From Candidatus Sumerlaeaceae bacterium (GTDB lineage: Bacteria; Sumerlaeota; Sumerlaeia; Sumerlaeales; Sumerlaeaceae), in assembly GCA_049968255.1 (NCBI GenBank), contig JBMFRB010000001.1:333395-397394 (forward strand): DNA of 64,000 nucleotides, written 5' to 3'. Made by a program: the position numbers and the translations under genes. This document shows, in pieces, positions 1 to 10,300 of the stretch. The stretch's first letter is position 1, and each line of letters opens with the position of its first letter. The notes under the pieces are model-generated. The model did no database searches. It had not been told where the DNA came from and was given only the letters and a program-made list of their open reading frames with translations.

Positions 1-519
1 CAGCAGGATTTCGCCAGCGCCGAAGCGCTCGACGGTGCGCGCCCACTCAACGGCGTCGAGCCCGCGCGGCTTGCGTCCCCCATGCGTGAAGACCTCAAAG
101 CGAAAACGGGAATCCGTACTGCGCTTTGCGTCAATGGCCACGACGATGCATTGGCTACCGAATCGGCGTGCAGCATCGCGCACGAAATCGGGATTCTCGA
201 CGGCGCTGGTGTTAAGAGACACTTTGTCGGCGCCAGCCCGCAGGAGTGCTTTGATATCGTCGAGCGTCCGGATTCCGCCGCCGACGGTCACAGGCATGAA
301 GACTTCGGCCGCAGTGCGTTCAACAACGTCGATCATGATCTGGCGCTTTTCGTAGCTGGCAGTGATATCGAGAAAAACCAGCTCGTCTGCGCCAGCTTGG
401 TCGTAGGCGATAGCACATTCAACGGGGTCGCCGGCATCAATGAGATTGACGAAATTCACGCCTTTGACGACGCGCCCGTCCTTGACGTCGAGACATGGGA
501 TGATTCGCTTTGTGAGCAT
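1..519 (-). CDS. hisF: Imidazole glycerol phosphate synthase cyclase subunit (partial, runs off the window edge)
   Basis: Not in the ORF track; my translation of the reverse complement from 519 gives [32 protein letters not shown], the HisF N-terminal signature. Confidence 0.95.
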   Translation of the reverse strand, partial: MLTKRIIPCLDVKDGRVVKGVNFVNLIDAGDPVECAIAYDQAGADELVFLDITASYEKRQIMIDVVERTAAEVFMPVTVGGGIRTLDDIKALLRAGADKVSLNTSAVENPDFVRDAARRFGSQCIVVAIDAKRSTDSRFRFEVFTHGGRKPRGLDAVEWARTVERFGAGEILL

Positions 520-562
520 ATTTGATCCGAATGCTAGGGCACACTGACCCGCGATCAACCTT

Positions 563-606
563 CAAAAAGCGTGCGCCCGTTTTCGGCGAAGGAAAACGGG
601 AGCACG
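563..606 (-). terminator. Probable intrinsic terminator downstream of trxA
   Basis: Stem CGTGC-g-CCCGTTTTC / GAAAACGGG-a-GCACG (570-606), followed on the minus strand by a T5 run (564-568). Confidence 0.7.
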
Positions 607-638
607 GCGCTTAGGAGCAAGCTATGGGAGAGGGGCTG

Positions 639-971
639 CTAGGCGATGTGACGGTCAATGACCTCTTTGAGCATGGGCTTGGGCAATGCGCCCACAATGC
701 GGTCGACAAGTTGACCGTTCTTGAACAGCATAATGGTGGGAATGGAAGCGACGCCGTAGCGAGCAGCCGTCTGCTGATGGTCGTCGACGTTGAGTTTGCC
801 CACCTTGAGTTTGCCAGCGTATTCCTGAGCGAGCTCCTCGATAATCGGCGCGACCATGCGGCAGGGTCCGCACCACGGCGCCCAGAAGTCCACGAGATAG
901 GGCACCGAGCTGCGAAGCACTTCCGTGTCGAAGGTCGCATCGCTGAGTTCGCTGACGTAAGGTGATGCCAT
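639..971 (-). CDS. trxA: Thioredoxin
   Basis: VDFWAPWCGPCRM active site, 110 aa. Confidence 0.97.
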   Translation of the reverse strand: MASPYVSELSDATFDTEVLRSSVPYLVDFWAPWCGPCRMVAPIIEELAQEYAGKLKVGKLNVDDHQQTAARYGVASIPTIMLFKNGQLVDRIVGALPKPMLKEVIDRHIA

Positions 972-981
972 AGATTTATCC

Positions 982-1743
982 TCAGGTGTAAGATTGAGCT
1001 AAAGCCACTGCATCGGCGAGAGAAATTCTACCGTCGTACAGTGCTTTGCCCACAATTACGCCGCGCAAGTTTGGCTTATTCAGAGCGCGAAGTCTCGCGA
1101 TATCCTCTAGCGCACCTACACCACCGGAAGCAATTACCTCGAGCGAGTCGAGGGCCAGAATCTCCTGGAGGGCGTCGAAATTGGGCGAGGTGAACATGCC
1201 ATCGCGGGCAATATCCGTGTAGATCACAGTGAGGTGCGCAATCTCGCTCACGAGCTCGCGCAAAAAATCCACGGCACGTATGTGAAGGATGTGGGTCCAG
1301 CCCCGGGTGGAAAGAAAACCATCACGCGCATCCGCTCCAAGGATGATCTTGTGGCCATGCTCAGCGATCATTTGGCGCAGGAAAGCTGGATCCTCGAGCG
1401 CTTTTGTGCCGAGAATGACATAATTGATGCCTAGATCGAGTAAGGTCTGAACGGTCCGGGCATCGCGAATTCCGCCGCCCACTTCAAGTTCTACTGTCGT
1501 GGCTTGGCGAATTCGCTGGATAGTGTCGAGATTTTTAGGGCATCCCTCAAAAGCTCCATCCAGGTCCACGATGTGAATTCTTCGCGCGCCTTGGGTTTCG
1601 TAGGTGCGTGCGACTTCAGCAGCGTCCACAACGTAGCGCGTCTGACGACTGCGCAGGCCCTGTTGCAAACGCACGCAGGCACCGTTCATGAGATCAATGG
1701 CTGGGATTACTAAAAAGGGGACGCTCCGACCGTATCCAGTCAT
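982..1743 (-). CDS. hisA: ProFAR isomerase
   Basis: IPAIDLMNGACVRL, HIVDLDGA, VGGGIRD, IYTDIARDG and IASGGV motifs. Confidence 0.95.
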   Translation of the reverse strand: MTGYGRSVPFLVIPAIDLMNGACVRLQQGLRSRQTRYVVDAAEVARTYETQGARRIHIVDLDGAFEGCPKNLDTIQRIRQATTVELEVGGGIRDARTVQTLLDLGINYVILGTKALEDPAFLRQMIAEHGHKIILGADARDGFLSTRGWTHILHIRAVDFLRELVSEIAHLTVIYTDIARDGMFTSPNFDALQEILALDSLEVIASGGVGALEDIARLRALNKPNLRGVIVGKALYDGRISLADAVALAQSYT

Positions 1744-1839
1744 GCCGTTTTCACTTTCTCAAAGGATATGGCGGCAGCGTACAAGCCACCGCCAATGCCA
1801 TGGCATTGCCAAGAGCTGCCGTAGACGAGGCCGCCTAGC

Positions 1840-3621
1840 TTACAACTGCTCGTAAAGCTCGACGAGCAGAGCGCGGCGGCTGGGGTGACGCAGCTTGTTC
1901 AGCGCCTTGGTTTCGATCTGACGCACACGCTCGCGCGTGACGTTGAAAATTGCGCCGACTTCTTCAAGTGTGCGCGGGAAATCGTTGTTTCCAATGCCGA
2001 AACGCAGGCGCAGGACTTTCTCTTCGCGATCGCTCAACGTGCGAAGAATTTCATCGATGCGCTGCGCTTTGAGCACCTGGGCAGCCTGATCAGCTGGATC
2101 AACGGCATCCGGATCACTGATGAAATCACCAAAGGTGGAATCACCCTCGTCGCCGATTGGTGTCTCGAGCGATATTGGCTGCTGCGCGATTTTTAGCACT
2201 CGGCGAATCTTTTCTGCTGGCAAGCCCATGCGCTGAGCTAACTCGTCGGCCGTGGGCTCGCGCCCCAACTCTTGCACGAGTTGGCGGCTCGTGCGGGTGA
2301 GCTTGTTTATGGTCTCGATCATGTGAACGGGGATGCGGATTGTGCGCGCCTGATCTGCGATCGCACGCGTGACTGCCTGACGAATCCACCACGTTGCATA
2401 AGTGGAGAACTTGTAGCCGCGCTGATACTCGAATTTGTCCACGGCGCGCATAAGTCCGATATTGCCTTCTTGGATGAGATCGAGAAACTGGAGGCCGCGG
2501 TTTGTGTAGCGCTTTGCGATGGAAACCACCAAACGGAGGTTGGCCTCGACGACTTTTGTCTTCGCAGCACGAGCGATTTGCTCGCCGGCTTCGATTTCCT
2601 TCACGATGACAGCAAGCTCGTCGAAGGTATTGCCCGCTTCCTTTTCCAGTTTTTTTACCGTGCGCTGGGCTTCGCGGACACGTTTGTCGAGTTTGATAAG
2701 CTCGTCGAGGGTAAGACCGTACTTTTTTTCTAGCGCCCTGGCCTCCGGCGAATTGCGGCGGGTTTTCTTGACGATGCGGCGCAGGTCGTCCTCGCTGAGC
2801 ATGGTGCTCATGACGACTTCACGAATCTGATTGTTCGCTTCTTCGATCTGCCGATAAACTTCTTTGATGTGCGTGGCAATCTCCTCGATGACCGTGAAAT
2901 TCAGGTCAATGGCAAGTAGGTGATCGAGGATTTCGCGGCGGCATTTCTCAATCTGTTTGTGAAGGGTGGATCGTTTTCGCTCCGAGAGCTCAGGATCCTC
3001 GAGCTGATCCAAGAGGGCAAAAATCTGCGCGTAGTGGTCGAGAATTTTGTCGACGTTATCCAGCACATGATGCATGTAGCGTTGCCGGACCTCGGGATCC
3101 GACTCATCAATGTGTGGGCGGAGAATGTCATCGAGATTGACCGCGCCGGATTCGACACGCGTGCGAAGTTTGCGCAACTCGTTGGCGGTAGCGCTGGCGC
3201 GGGCGATGGCTGCGGTGATTTCGTGTCGGCCTTTCTCAATCTCTTTCGCAAGCGCCACTTCTTCATCGCGAGTGAGAAGCGGGACCTTGCCCATTTCCAT
3301 GAGGTAGAGTCGGACTGGGTCGTCTATCTTGGCTCCGTCGCCGTCCTCATCGTGCACTCCATCTAATTCAATGGGCTTGTTTGGATCGAGTTCCTCCTCC
3401 AACTCCTCCGCAGCACGAGCCACTCCTGCGGCAATATCCTTGTCGTCGTAGACCTCGATATCGAGCTGTTCGAGCTCCTCGAGCAACGATTCCATATCCT
3501 GAACCGTGGCGTCCTCGGGAAGACTATCGTAGATCTCGTCGTAGGTCAGGTGCCCCCGCTCCCTCCCCAGGTCAATCAAGCTTGCAAGATCATTCGAACG
3601 TGAACTACGTCCTGGTTTCAT
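1840..3621 (-). CDS. rpoD: Primary RNA polymerase sigma-70 factor
   Basis: Region 1.1, [12 protein letters not shown] (1.2), [26 protein letters not shown], region 4 TLEEVG...TRERVRQIE. Confidence 0.98.
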   Translation of the reverse strand: MKPGRSSRSNDLASLIDLGRERGHLTYDEIYDSLPEDATVQDMESLLEELEQLDIEVYDDKDIAAGVARAAEELEEELDPNKPIELDGVHDEDGDGAKIDDPVRLYLMEMGKVPLLTRDEEVALAKEIEKGRHEITAAIARASATANELRKLRTRVESGAVNLDDILRPHIDESDPEVRQRYMHHVLDNVDKILDHYAQIFALLDQLEDPELSERKRSTLHKQIEKCRREILDHLLAIDLNFTVIEEIATHIKEVYRQIEEANNQIREVVMSTMLSEDDLRRIVKKTRRNSPEARALEKKYGLTLDELIKLDKRVREAQRTVKKLEKEAGNTFDELAVIVKEIEAGEQIARAAKTKVVEANLRLVVSIAKRYTNRGLQFLDLIQEGNIGLMRAVDKFEYQRGYKFSTYATWWIRQAVTRAIADQARTIRIPVHMIETINKLTRTSRQLVQELGREPTADELAQRMGLPAEKIRRVLKIAQQPISLETPIGDEGDSTFGDFISDPDAVDPADQAAQVLKAQRIDEILRTLSDREEKVLRLRFGIGNNDFPRTLEEVGAIFNVTRERVRQIETKALNKLRHPSRRALLVELYEQL

Positions 3622-4101
3622 ACTGATGCTCAGCCCCTTTGCTCAGAAAATTTCTCTCATCTTTGCTTTCGGTGCCCCTTAGGCTGTTTCTTGAGAAATA
3701 AAGTATTCCCTCACCTCCTTACTCTCTAAGTCGGAGAGAGGTCAGCATAGGACATGGCCGCGCACGAAATTTTCTCCTCTTGCTCGAACTGGGGGAAATT
3801 CATCAATCTAGGTCGCGTAGCTGGCCTGGACGGCAAAGGTTTCACTCCTCTTTCCAGAGGTTCTGTGGTGATTTTTTTCTAGCAACACGCTTGGCGTTTT
3901 TCGCGCCGAAAAACCCATCCACAAACACATGGCGCATTCGGAAATCTTCTCTTGATTTCCTTTTTTCACGCTTGCTCAAATACGTTTTTGCGTGATGGCT
4001 TATTCATTATCCCTGGCTTGCATGGCGCTTTCTCAGAATCGTTTGCATGTGTTACACAGAATCGAGTTTCATCCCTTGTTGCGCAATGAGGAGCGAAGCG
4101 C

Positions 4102-6018
4102 GTGAGACGACCCGTAGTATTCCTTGCCAATCACAGCGTTCCCAAGCCTGTGCGCGAGCGATTTCTCCGCGGACTCAGGCAAGCAGGCTTCGAGCCCAAG
4201 CCATTCGTTGCTGATCCACTTCAACGCTGCCACGCGCTGCTCGAGTTTCTCCGCCACGCAGAAAAAGACTGCATTGCCCTCTTTGTGTGCTTGGATACGT
4301 CCGAGGCCATGTTAGCGCGCATTGTGGCGGGACACGCGCAAGGGCCGGTCTATGCTGTGTTGCAAGCGACCGACGGCGAAAAGCTCGTGCTTCCCCGGGA
4401 AGAGCTTGCCCCTGCTCCGTACGCCACAGTTGTGCCCTCAACTCCTGAAGCCCTGATCAGTTACCTGACGAAAATTTCTGTATCTTCGACGACTGAGACG
4501 AATAAAACTCGTGCCGAGGTGGGGGGTTCGCCAGCTCATGCGGAAAGAGCGCCTTCGGTCACAGGGCGAAGAACGTTCAGCGAGGAAGACGCAGAATGGT
4601 TGGCGCGTCTCGCAAGCGATTTTCGGCCTCGTTTGCGCGAAGAAATTCGGCAACCTCTAAATGTCGCGAAGCAGGCCTCGCTAGACTTTTCGCACGAACT
4701 GCGGCAGATTATCTCACACGCGCGCAACCTTGCCGAGCGGCGGCGAGATGAGTTCGTCACGCCCCTGCATTATCTGGCCGCTATTGCGGGTTTTCCGGAG
4801 TGCGCAGGATATGAGCTCTTGCAGGAAATGGGCGTAGCCCTTGAAACTTTGGTGGAGCGAGTCCTAGCATCGCTTCCACCGGCGGAGGCGCCAGCACCTT
4901 GCACGTTCGCGCCGAGCGAAGAAGCTACAGCACTCGTGGCCTGCTCGAAACGCGTTGCCCGCCAGCGAAACCGGCGTGCACTCACGACGGTGGACCTTGT
5001 CGAGGGCATGGCGCAGCAAACCGAGTCGTTGGCTGCTACCATTCTTGCGGAATTTGGCGCCACGGCGGAGATGATCGCTGCGCGATTGGCAGAATTATCG
5101 ATTCGCGAGGAGCAGCCGCCTGAAGAAGCGGATTCGGGAAAAAGCCCCGCTCCCCTTCCGGTTATTGACGCGGAAAAGGTTCGCCAGCTTGAGCGCAAAT
5201 TCGTAGCAACACAGCGTGTACCGGTGGAGCAAGGCGATGCGACGAAGATCCCTGAGCAGGTGAGCCCACCCAAGGCCGAGCCTCTTTCTCATGACGCAAC
5301 CGAAGTCGTCTCGGTTTTGAAAAGCCCGAATCAACCGGAGGACATCGATTTGGTAGGCGAACGAAAAACGCCGTTGGTGCTAAAGTGTGATCCGCAAAAT
5401 CCGCCGTTGGAGGTGGTAGAAGAAGCAGCGGATTCACTGCTTGAGGGGAAGCTTGTGGCCTTCCCTACGGAGACCGTTTATGGGCTAGGAGTAGACGCCA
5501 CAAATTTGTCCGCTCTCGAACGGCTTTATGAGGTGAAAGGGCGAGAACGCACACGAGCGATAGCTTTGCTCATTCACTCAATTTCGCAATTGCGCTACGT
5601 CGTGAGGGATATCCCCGAGGGGGTTCACGCGTTGATGGAGCAGTTCTGGCCGGGTCCGCTGACCATTGTTTTCCGGCGACATCCAAACGTGTTCGCTTCG
5701 CTTGCACCGGACGACTCGATTGGCATCCGGATGCCAGATCATTATGTGGCCCTTGCGATTCTGAGCATGGTCGGGCGCCCCATCGCGACGACGAGTGCAA
5801 ACCTAAGCGGCCAGGCACCAGCCCGCGAGGCGAGTGAGATCCTGGCGCAGCTCGGAACAAACGTCGACGTTATCGTGGATGCCGGGCGAAGCGGAGACCA
5901 GCCCGCTTCGACGGTGCTCTCTGTCATTGAGAAACCTTACCGCATTCTGCGCCCGGGGCCCATTACGGCCGCGCAAATTGAGGAGGTCGCGAGAGTCCCT
6001 GTTGTGAAAGAGCCCTAG
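4102..6018 (+). CDS. tsaC: L-threonylcarbamoyladenylate synthase (TsaC/YrdC) with an N-terminal extension containing a Clp-N-like double repeat
   Basis: C-terminal ~200 aa carry VAFPTETVYGLG, KGR, FWPGPLT, GIRMPDH, TSANLSG; central FSHELRQIISHARNLA...EFVTPLHYLAAI...LTTVDLVEGM resembles Clp_N. Confidence 0.85.
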   Translation: MRRPVVFLANHSVPKPVRERFLRGLRQAGFEPKPFVADPLQRCHALLEFLRHAEKDCIALFVCLDTSEAMLARIVAGHAQGPVYAVLQATDGEKLVLPREELAPAPYATVVPSTPEALISYLTKISVSSTTETNKTRAEVGGSPAHAERAPSVTGRRTFSEEDAEWLARLASDFRPRLREEIRQPLNVAKQASLDFSHELRQIISHARNLAERRRDEFVTPLHYLAAIAGFPECAGYELLQEMGVALETLVERVLASLPPAEAPAPCTFAPSEEATALVACSKRVARQRNRRALTTVDLVEGMAQQTESLAATILAEFGATAEMIAARLAELSIREEQPPEEADSGKSPAPLPVIDAEKVRQLERKFVATQRVPVEQGDATKIPEQVSPPKAEPLSHDATEVVSVLKSPNQPEDIDLVGERKTPLVLKCDPQNPPLEVVEEAADSLLEGKLVAFPTETVYGLGVDATNLSALERLYEVKGRERTRAIALLIHSISQLRYVVRDIPEGVHALMEQFWPGPLTIVFRRHPNVFASLAPDDSIGIRMPDHYVALAILSMVGRPIATTSANLSGQAPAREASEILAQLGTNVDVIVDAGRSGDQPASTVLSVIEKPYRILRPGPITAAQIEEVARVPVVKEP

Positions 6019-7175
6019 CCATCCGCATGGTCTGCGCTCAGCAACTTGCGGTAGAGTTGGAGGGTTCGCTCGGCACGGTGGCGCTCGGTAAACTGAGAAA
6101 CGATTTTTTTGCGCGCAGCCTCGCCCATCTGGGCTGCCCGTTGTGGTTGCCCAAGGACTTCGATGAGCGCGCGACTTAGGCCGTCGACGTCGTTTTCCTC
6201 CACGAGGAGGCCATCCACACCGTGGGTGATCGTGTCGATAAGCGCCCCTTTGCGCACAGCAATGACGGGGCGCGAGGTTGCCATGGTCTCGAGCGCCGCA
6301 CGGGCGCTTCCTTCGCTACCGAGGCCGAGAAGAAGCCCTGCATCCATGGCCGAATAGGTATCGGGCAAATCGTCCGTGCGATAGCCTGCCAGCACGACCC
6401 GCCTGCGATAACGCGGTTTGCGTAATTCTTGGCGAAGAAAATCACGCAGCTCACCTTGGCCGACAATCCAGATGACCGCGTTGGGAACAGCGTCAAGTGC
6501 TGAGGGCGCGGCGGCCAGCAACCATTGAATCCCACGATTATATCCAAGATGCGCAACGAGGCCTGCCACCATGGCATCGGGTTTCTCGCCCATGTCCGCG
6601 CGAACACGGCGGCGGCCTTCCGGGTTGAAGCAAAAGCGGTCCGGATCTACACCTCCAAAAATGAGTTCAATTGGAACACCGCGATAAGCTTGGCGCAGCA
6701 GCTCGCGTTGGGGGCTCGACACCGTGATGACCGCCGCGGTTGCCTTGCTGAAAAGCCACTGGTGAAATGGATCGCGACGCAAACTCTCGTAGCGATGATA
6801 GGTGCGGATGACGAGTGGACGGCGCTGTCTGATGCCACGCATAGCAATGGCTGCAACCCAGTGATCGTGTGGGAGATGCGTGTGAATGATATCGATCCGA
6901 CGGGTTACACAGAATTCGCGCAACTTGAGAAGAAGCTGCCATTGCGTGCGCGGACTGTAATCTAGAGAAAGTGGGATCTCGCGGGCGAGTCGAACTCCTC
7001 GGCTGCTCGCGACCTCTTCAAATGAACGCCCCAAGATTCCCCCCACCCATGTTTCGCATCCCATCCGCTGTTGCCAATACGCGAGGCTGACAGCAGGTTC
7101 GGCAACCCCGGTCCAGCGATACGTGGACATGAGATGCAAGATACGAAGCGGCTGTTGAAATGCATGTGATTGCAT
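6015..7175 (-). CDS. Glycosyltransferase family 4
   Basis: RILHLMS...GVAE start, IIHTH, ALETMATSRPVIA (GT-B EX7E-like), GVDGLLV; start trimmed to MQSHAF. Confidence 0.9.
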   Translation of the reverse strand: MQSHAFQQPLRILHLMSTYRWTGVAEPAVSLAYWQQRMGCETWVGGILGRSFEEVASSRGVRLAREIPLSLDYSPRTQWQLLLKLREFCVTRRIDIIHTHLPHDHWVAAIAMRGIRQRRPLVIRTYHRYESLRRDPFHQWLFSKATAAVITVSSPQRELLRQAYRGVPIELIFGGVDPDRFCFNPEGRRRVRADMGEKPDAMVAGLVAHLGYNRGIQWLLAAAPSALDAVPNAVIWIVGQGELRDFLRQELRKPRYRRRVVLAGYRTDDLPDTYSAMDAGLLLGLGSEGSARAALETMATSRPVIAVRKGALIDTITHGVDGLLVEENDVDGLSRALIEVLGQPQRAAQMGEAARKKIVSQFTERHRAERTLQLYRKLLSADHADG

Positions 7176-7340
7176 GTCTCTAATTCGACTAACAGTGTGA
7201 TGAGGTAGAGAGTTGCAAGGATGCAAATGAGACATAGAGATCGCCGGCTACGACGAGCGCACGAGAGACGACATCGGATTGCATTTAGCAAACACTCCGG
7301 GGGGGCACATGATCCGGTGAGCGCTCATCGCTGCGCGACA

Positions 7341-10300
7341 ATGATCGCTCACATTGTACTCGGCATGGCAGTGGCCCTTTTCTGGGGAATCGGTCGAGGC
7401 TACGCAGCCAACGCTGCAGCGAAACCGGTGCCTGCGGCGGAAGCTCATCCGCTGGACCAAATTCCCAGGGATGCGAGCCTTGACGAATGGCTTACGGAAG
7501 CGGATGGCGTAATCCGCGGGCAGTTGGCCGAGCCGAAGGTAAAAGTCAAGACTCTGAAGGCCACTCCCCAGGAGCTGCGGTTCGAATTTAGTGTCGCCCC
7601 AGAAGCAGCGCGAGAGGGCAAAATTGTCATTCCGCTGGTCGTTCCACGTGGTGAGATGACGACCGCAATACTCGAACGAATTGACATCGACGGCAAAAGC
7701 ACTTCCGAGGCCGCAACGCTTGGTTTGATTAAGGTAAAAGCGCAAGAACTTGGCTACATCCGCACGTTTCGCGTAGCGACGTTTTCTTTGAGTTTCGAAC
7801 CACGTGGCCTTGGAGGGTGCGGGCTGCGTGGCGGCGTTGGGACAATCATGTTTGTTCCTCCTTCGCCGATCCGTGATTTGAGTGCAATCAAGTTCTGGGC
7901 TCGCAATCGTGTGGGCATTTTCCGCAACCTTGTGCAAAAGCTTGTGGCAAATCCCTCGGACGTGGACCGTTATATCGTGGTGCCCGAACAGGCGATCCCA
8001 CGAGCCATTGCGCCGATAAGTTCCCCTCCACCGGAACTCGAGAAGTCGCCTTTTCGCATGCGTATTCGCGTGCGCACGCCGGGAATCTATCGCATCACGG
8101 CAAGCGATCTCGAATCGTCTGGGGTGGTGGTGACATGGCTTGATCCGCACCATCTGCGCCTCTTCAATAACGGCCACGAGGTCCCCATGCTGCTGGTGCG
8201 TGGCGCCAACAGCGACGCTGCCACCATGCAGCCAGATGATCTGTTGCTTTTTTACGGCGCAGAAAACACTTCGCGGTTTTCCGCGGACAACGTCTACTGG
8301 CTTATTTACGATGAATCGCGGAGCGCCCAGGCAATGCCGCGAGCTCCCACAGCCGCGCCGACAGAGGTTTGCCAGAGCGCCTCGACCTTCCTGACGAAGA
8401 CTGTCATTGAACAGGACACGAAAGTGCTCACGCGCAGCGATCAGTTTCTCAGCATTCTGGGCTTTCGCTGGATTTGGCATGAAATTCCCACATCGGGCAC
8501 GTTTACCAGTACGTTTGACCTGCCAGGATTTCAACCAACAGGTCGAGCGCTTGCAACTGTGATGAATGTTTTTGTTCATGATCTGGGGCCGGCAACGAGC
8601 GTGACCATCTGCCTGCGTCTCAACAACGGCGCTGTGCGGCGCTTCCCCTTGGCTTCTGAGCGCGACGAACGCAAAACTTTTACCATCCCTGAGCAAGAGA
8701 TGCGGGCGCAGGGAAATCGTTTCGAGATCTGGCTTGAGGTTGAAGACCAGAAAGAAGGGTGCACCTTGCCAGTCGCCGGGACGCAGGCACCCGAAGTTTA
8801 TTTGGATAATTTTGAGATTTGGTATTCGCGTCCCTACTTTGTTGACACCTTGCCTGCCGAGGTGATGTCGCCCTACCGCGAGGACACGCACACACTTCGG
8901 CTGATGGAATACAATGTGGGACTCGCGAAACCGCAGCAGCGCATCTTCATCTTTGACGTAAGTGGACCCACGCCGCAAGTAGTTCCTACTAATATCAGAG
9001 AAACAAGTTCGGGACAGCACATTCTGAATTTCCGTGTACGCGAAGATTCCCCGCGCCGCTACATGATCACAACTCCGGAACAAGCGTTGGCGATTCGGTT
9101 CGAGCCAGCACCCACCTCAGCAGTGGACTTGCGCTCAACAGCGACGCAAGCAGATTACCTCATCATTGCGTATCCTGATTTCGTGGAGCCGATGAAAAAG
9201 TTCGCCCTCCGGAAAGAACGTGAGGGGCACAAGGTTCTGCTCGTGGATACGCAAACGATTTATGACCAGTTCGCCCATGGCCAAGAGACCCCCGAGGCGA
9301 TCAAGCGCTTTATTGATTACGCAGCGCGCTATTATGATGCGCCAGCAGGACAACCGCCAGCGAGTTACGTGCTGTTGGTGGGCGACGCAACTAGCGCCTA
9401 CAAGAATGAATTCCACAACAACGTGGTGAATTACGTGCCATCCTTTACGATGAGCACGGACAGTCCCACAGGTGAACAGTGGGCGTCGGACCACTGGTAC
9501 TCGCGGCTATTTGGGACGGACGATTTGGCGGACGTGTTCATCGGACGCTTGTCGGTAAACAATCGTAAAGACCTGGAAAACATCCTCGCAAAACTCGAAG
9601 ATTACGAGAAACAACGCACCCAAAAGGCGGAGTGGCGAAGTCGCGTAGGCTTCGTAGCTGACCACACGGAGTTCGATGCCCCAACGCGGCGCGTGGCTGA
9701 GCTAATGCCGCCCGCCTACACCATCACGCGCCTTTCGCTTTCCGAAGAGCCGTGGGAAGACAACTTCTACTTCCCCAGAGAGGTCACAGAAAGCAAAAAG
9801 GCAAAGGTCAGCCCGGAGATGACACGCAAGATCCGTGACCTGTTCAATGGAGGCGCGGCTGCGATTTTGTACTTCGGTCATGGCTCCCCCAATGTCTGGT
9901 CCACACAGCGCATCTGGTTCGGTGGTGACAGCGAAAACTCCGATAATCTCATGCTAGGCAATCGCGACCGGCTGCCGGTGGTGCTGAATATGACCTGCAA
10001 TAGCGGGGCGATTGATTATCCGCTGCCTCGCTGGAATGTATGCATCAGCGAGGATTTCCTGCGTGTACCCAATGGTGGTGCCATAGCATGCTACGTGCCG
10101 GCTGGGCCAGGGATGGCGAGCATTCACGAGATTTTCTCGCGTGAGCTGGTACGCTCGCTTTTTGCTGAACGCATGGAGCCATTGGGACCAGCGCTCATCC
10201 TAGCGACATACCGCTATCTGGCCGAGGGCAATCCACCAGATTTAGTGCGAATGTTCATTTTGCTGGGCGACCCGAGCATGCAATCCGCTATCGAAGCAAA

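Noticed and set aside
82-525. 147-aa and 106-aa plus-strand ORFs
   Set aside because: Antisense shadows of hisF, which is clearly encoded on the minus strand
7248-9083. 611-aa antisense ORF
   Set aside because: Lies opposite the C25 gene, is Arg/His/Cys-rich with no motifs; typical shadow ORF in GC-rich DNA
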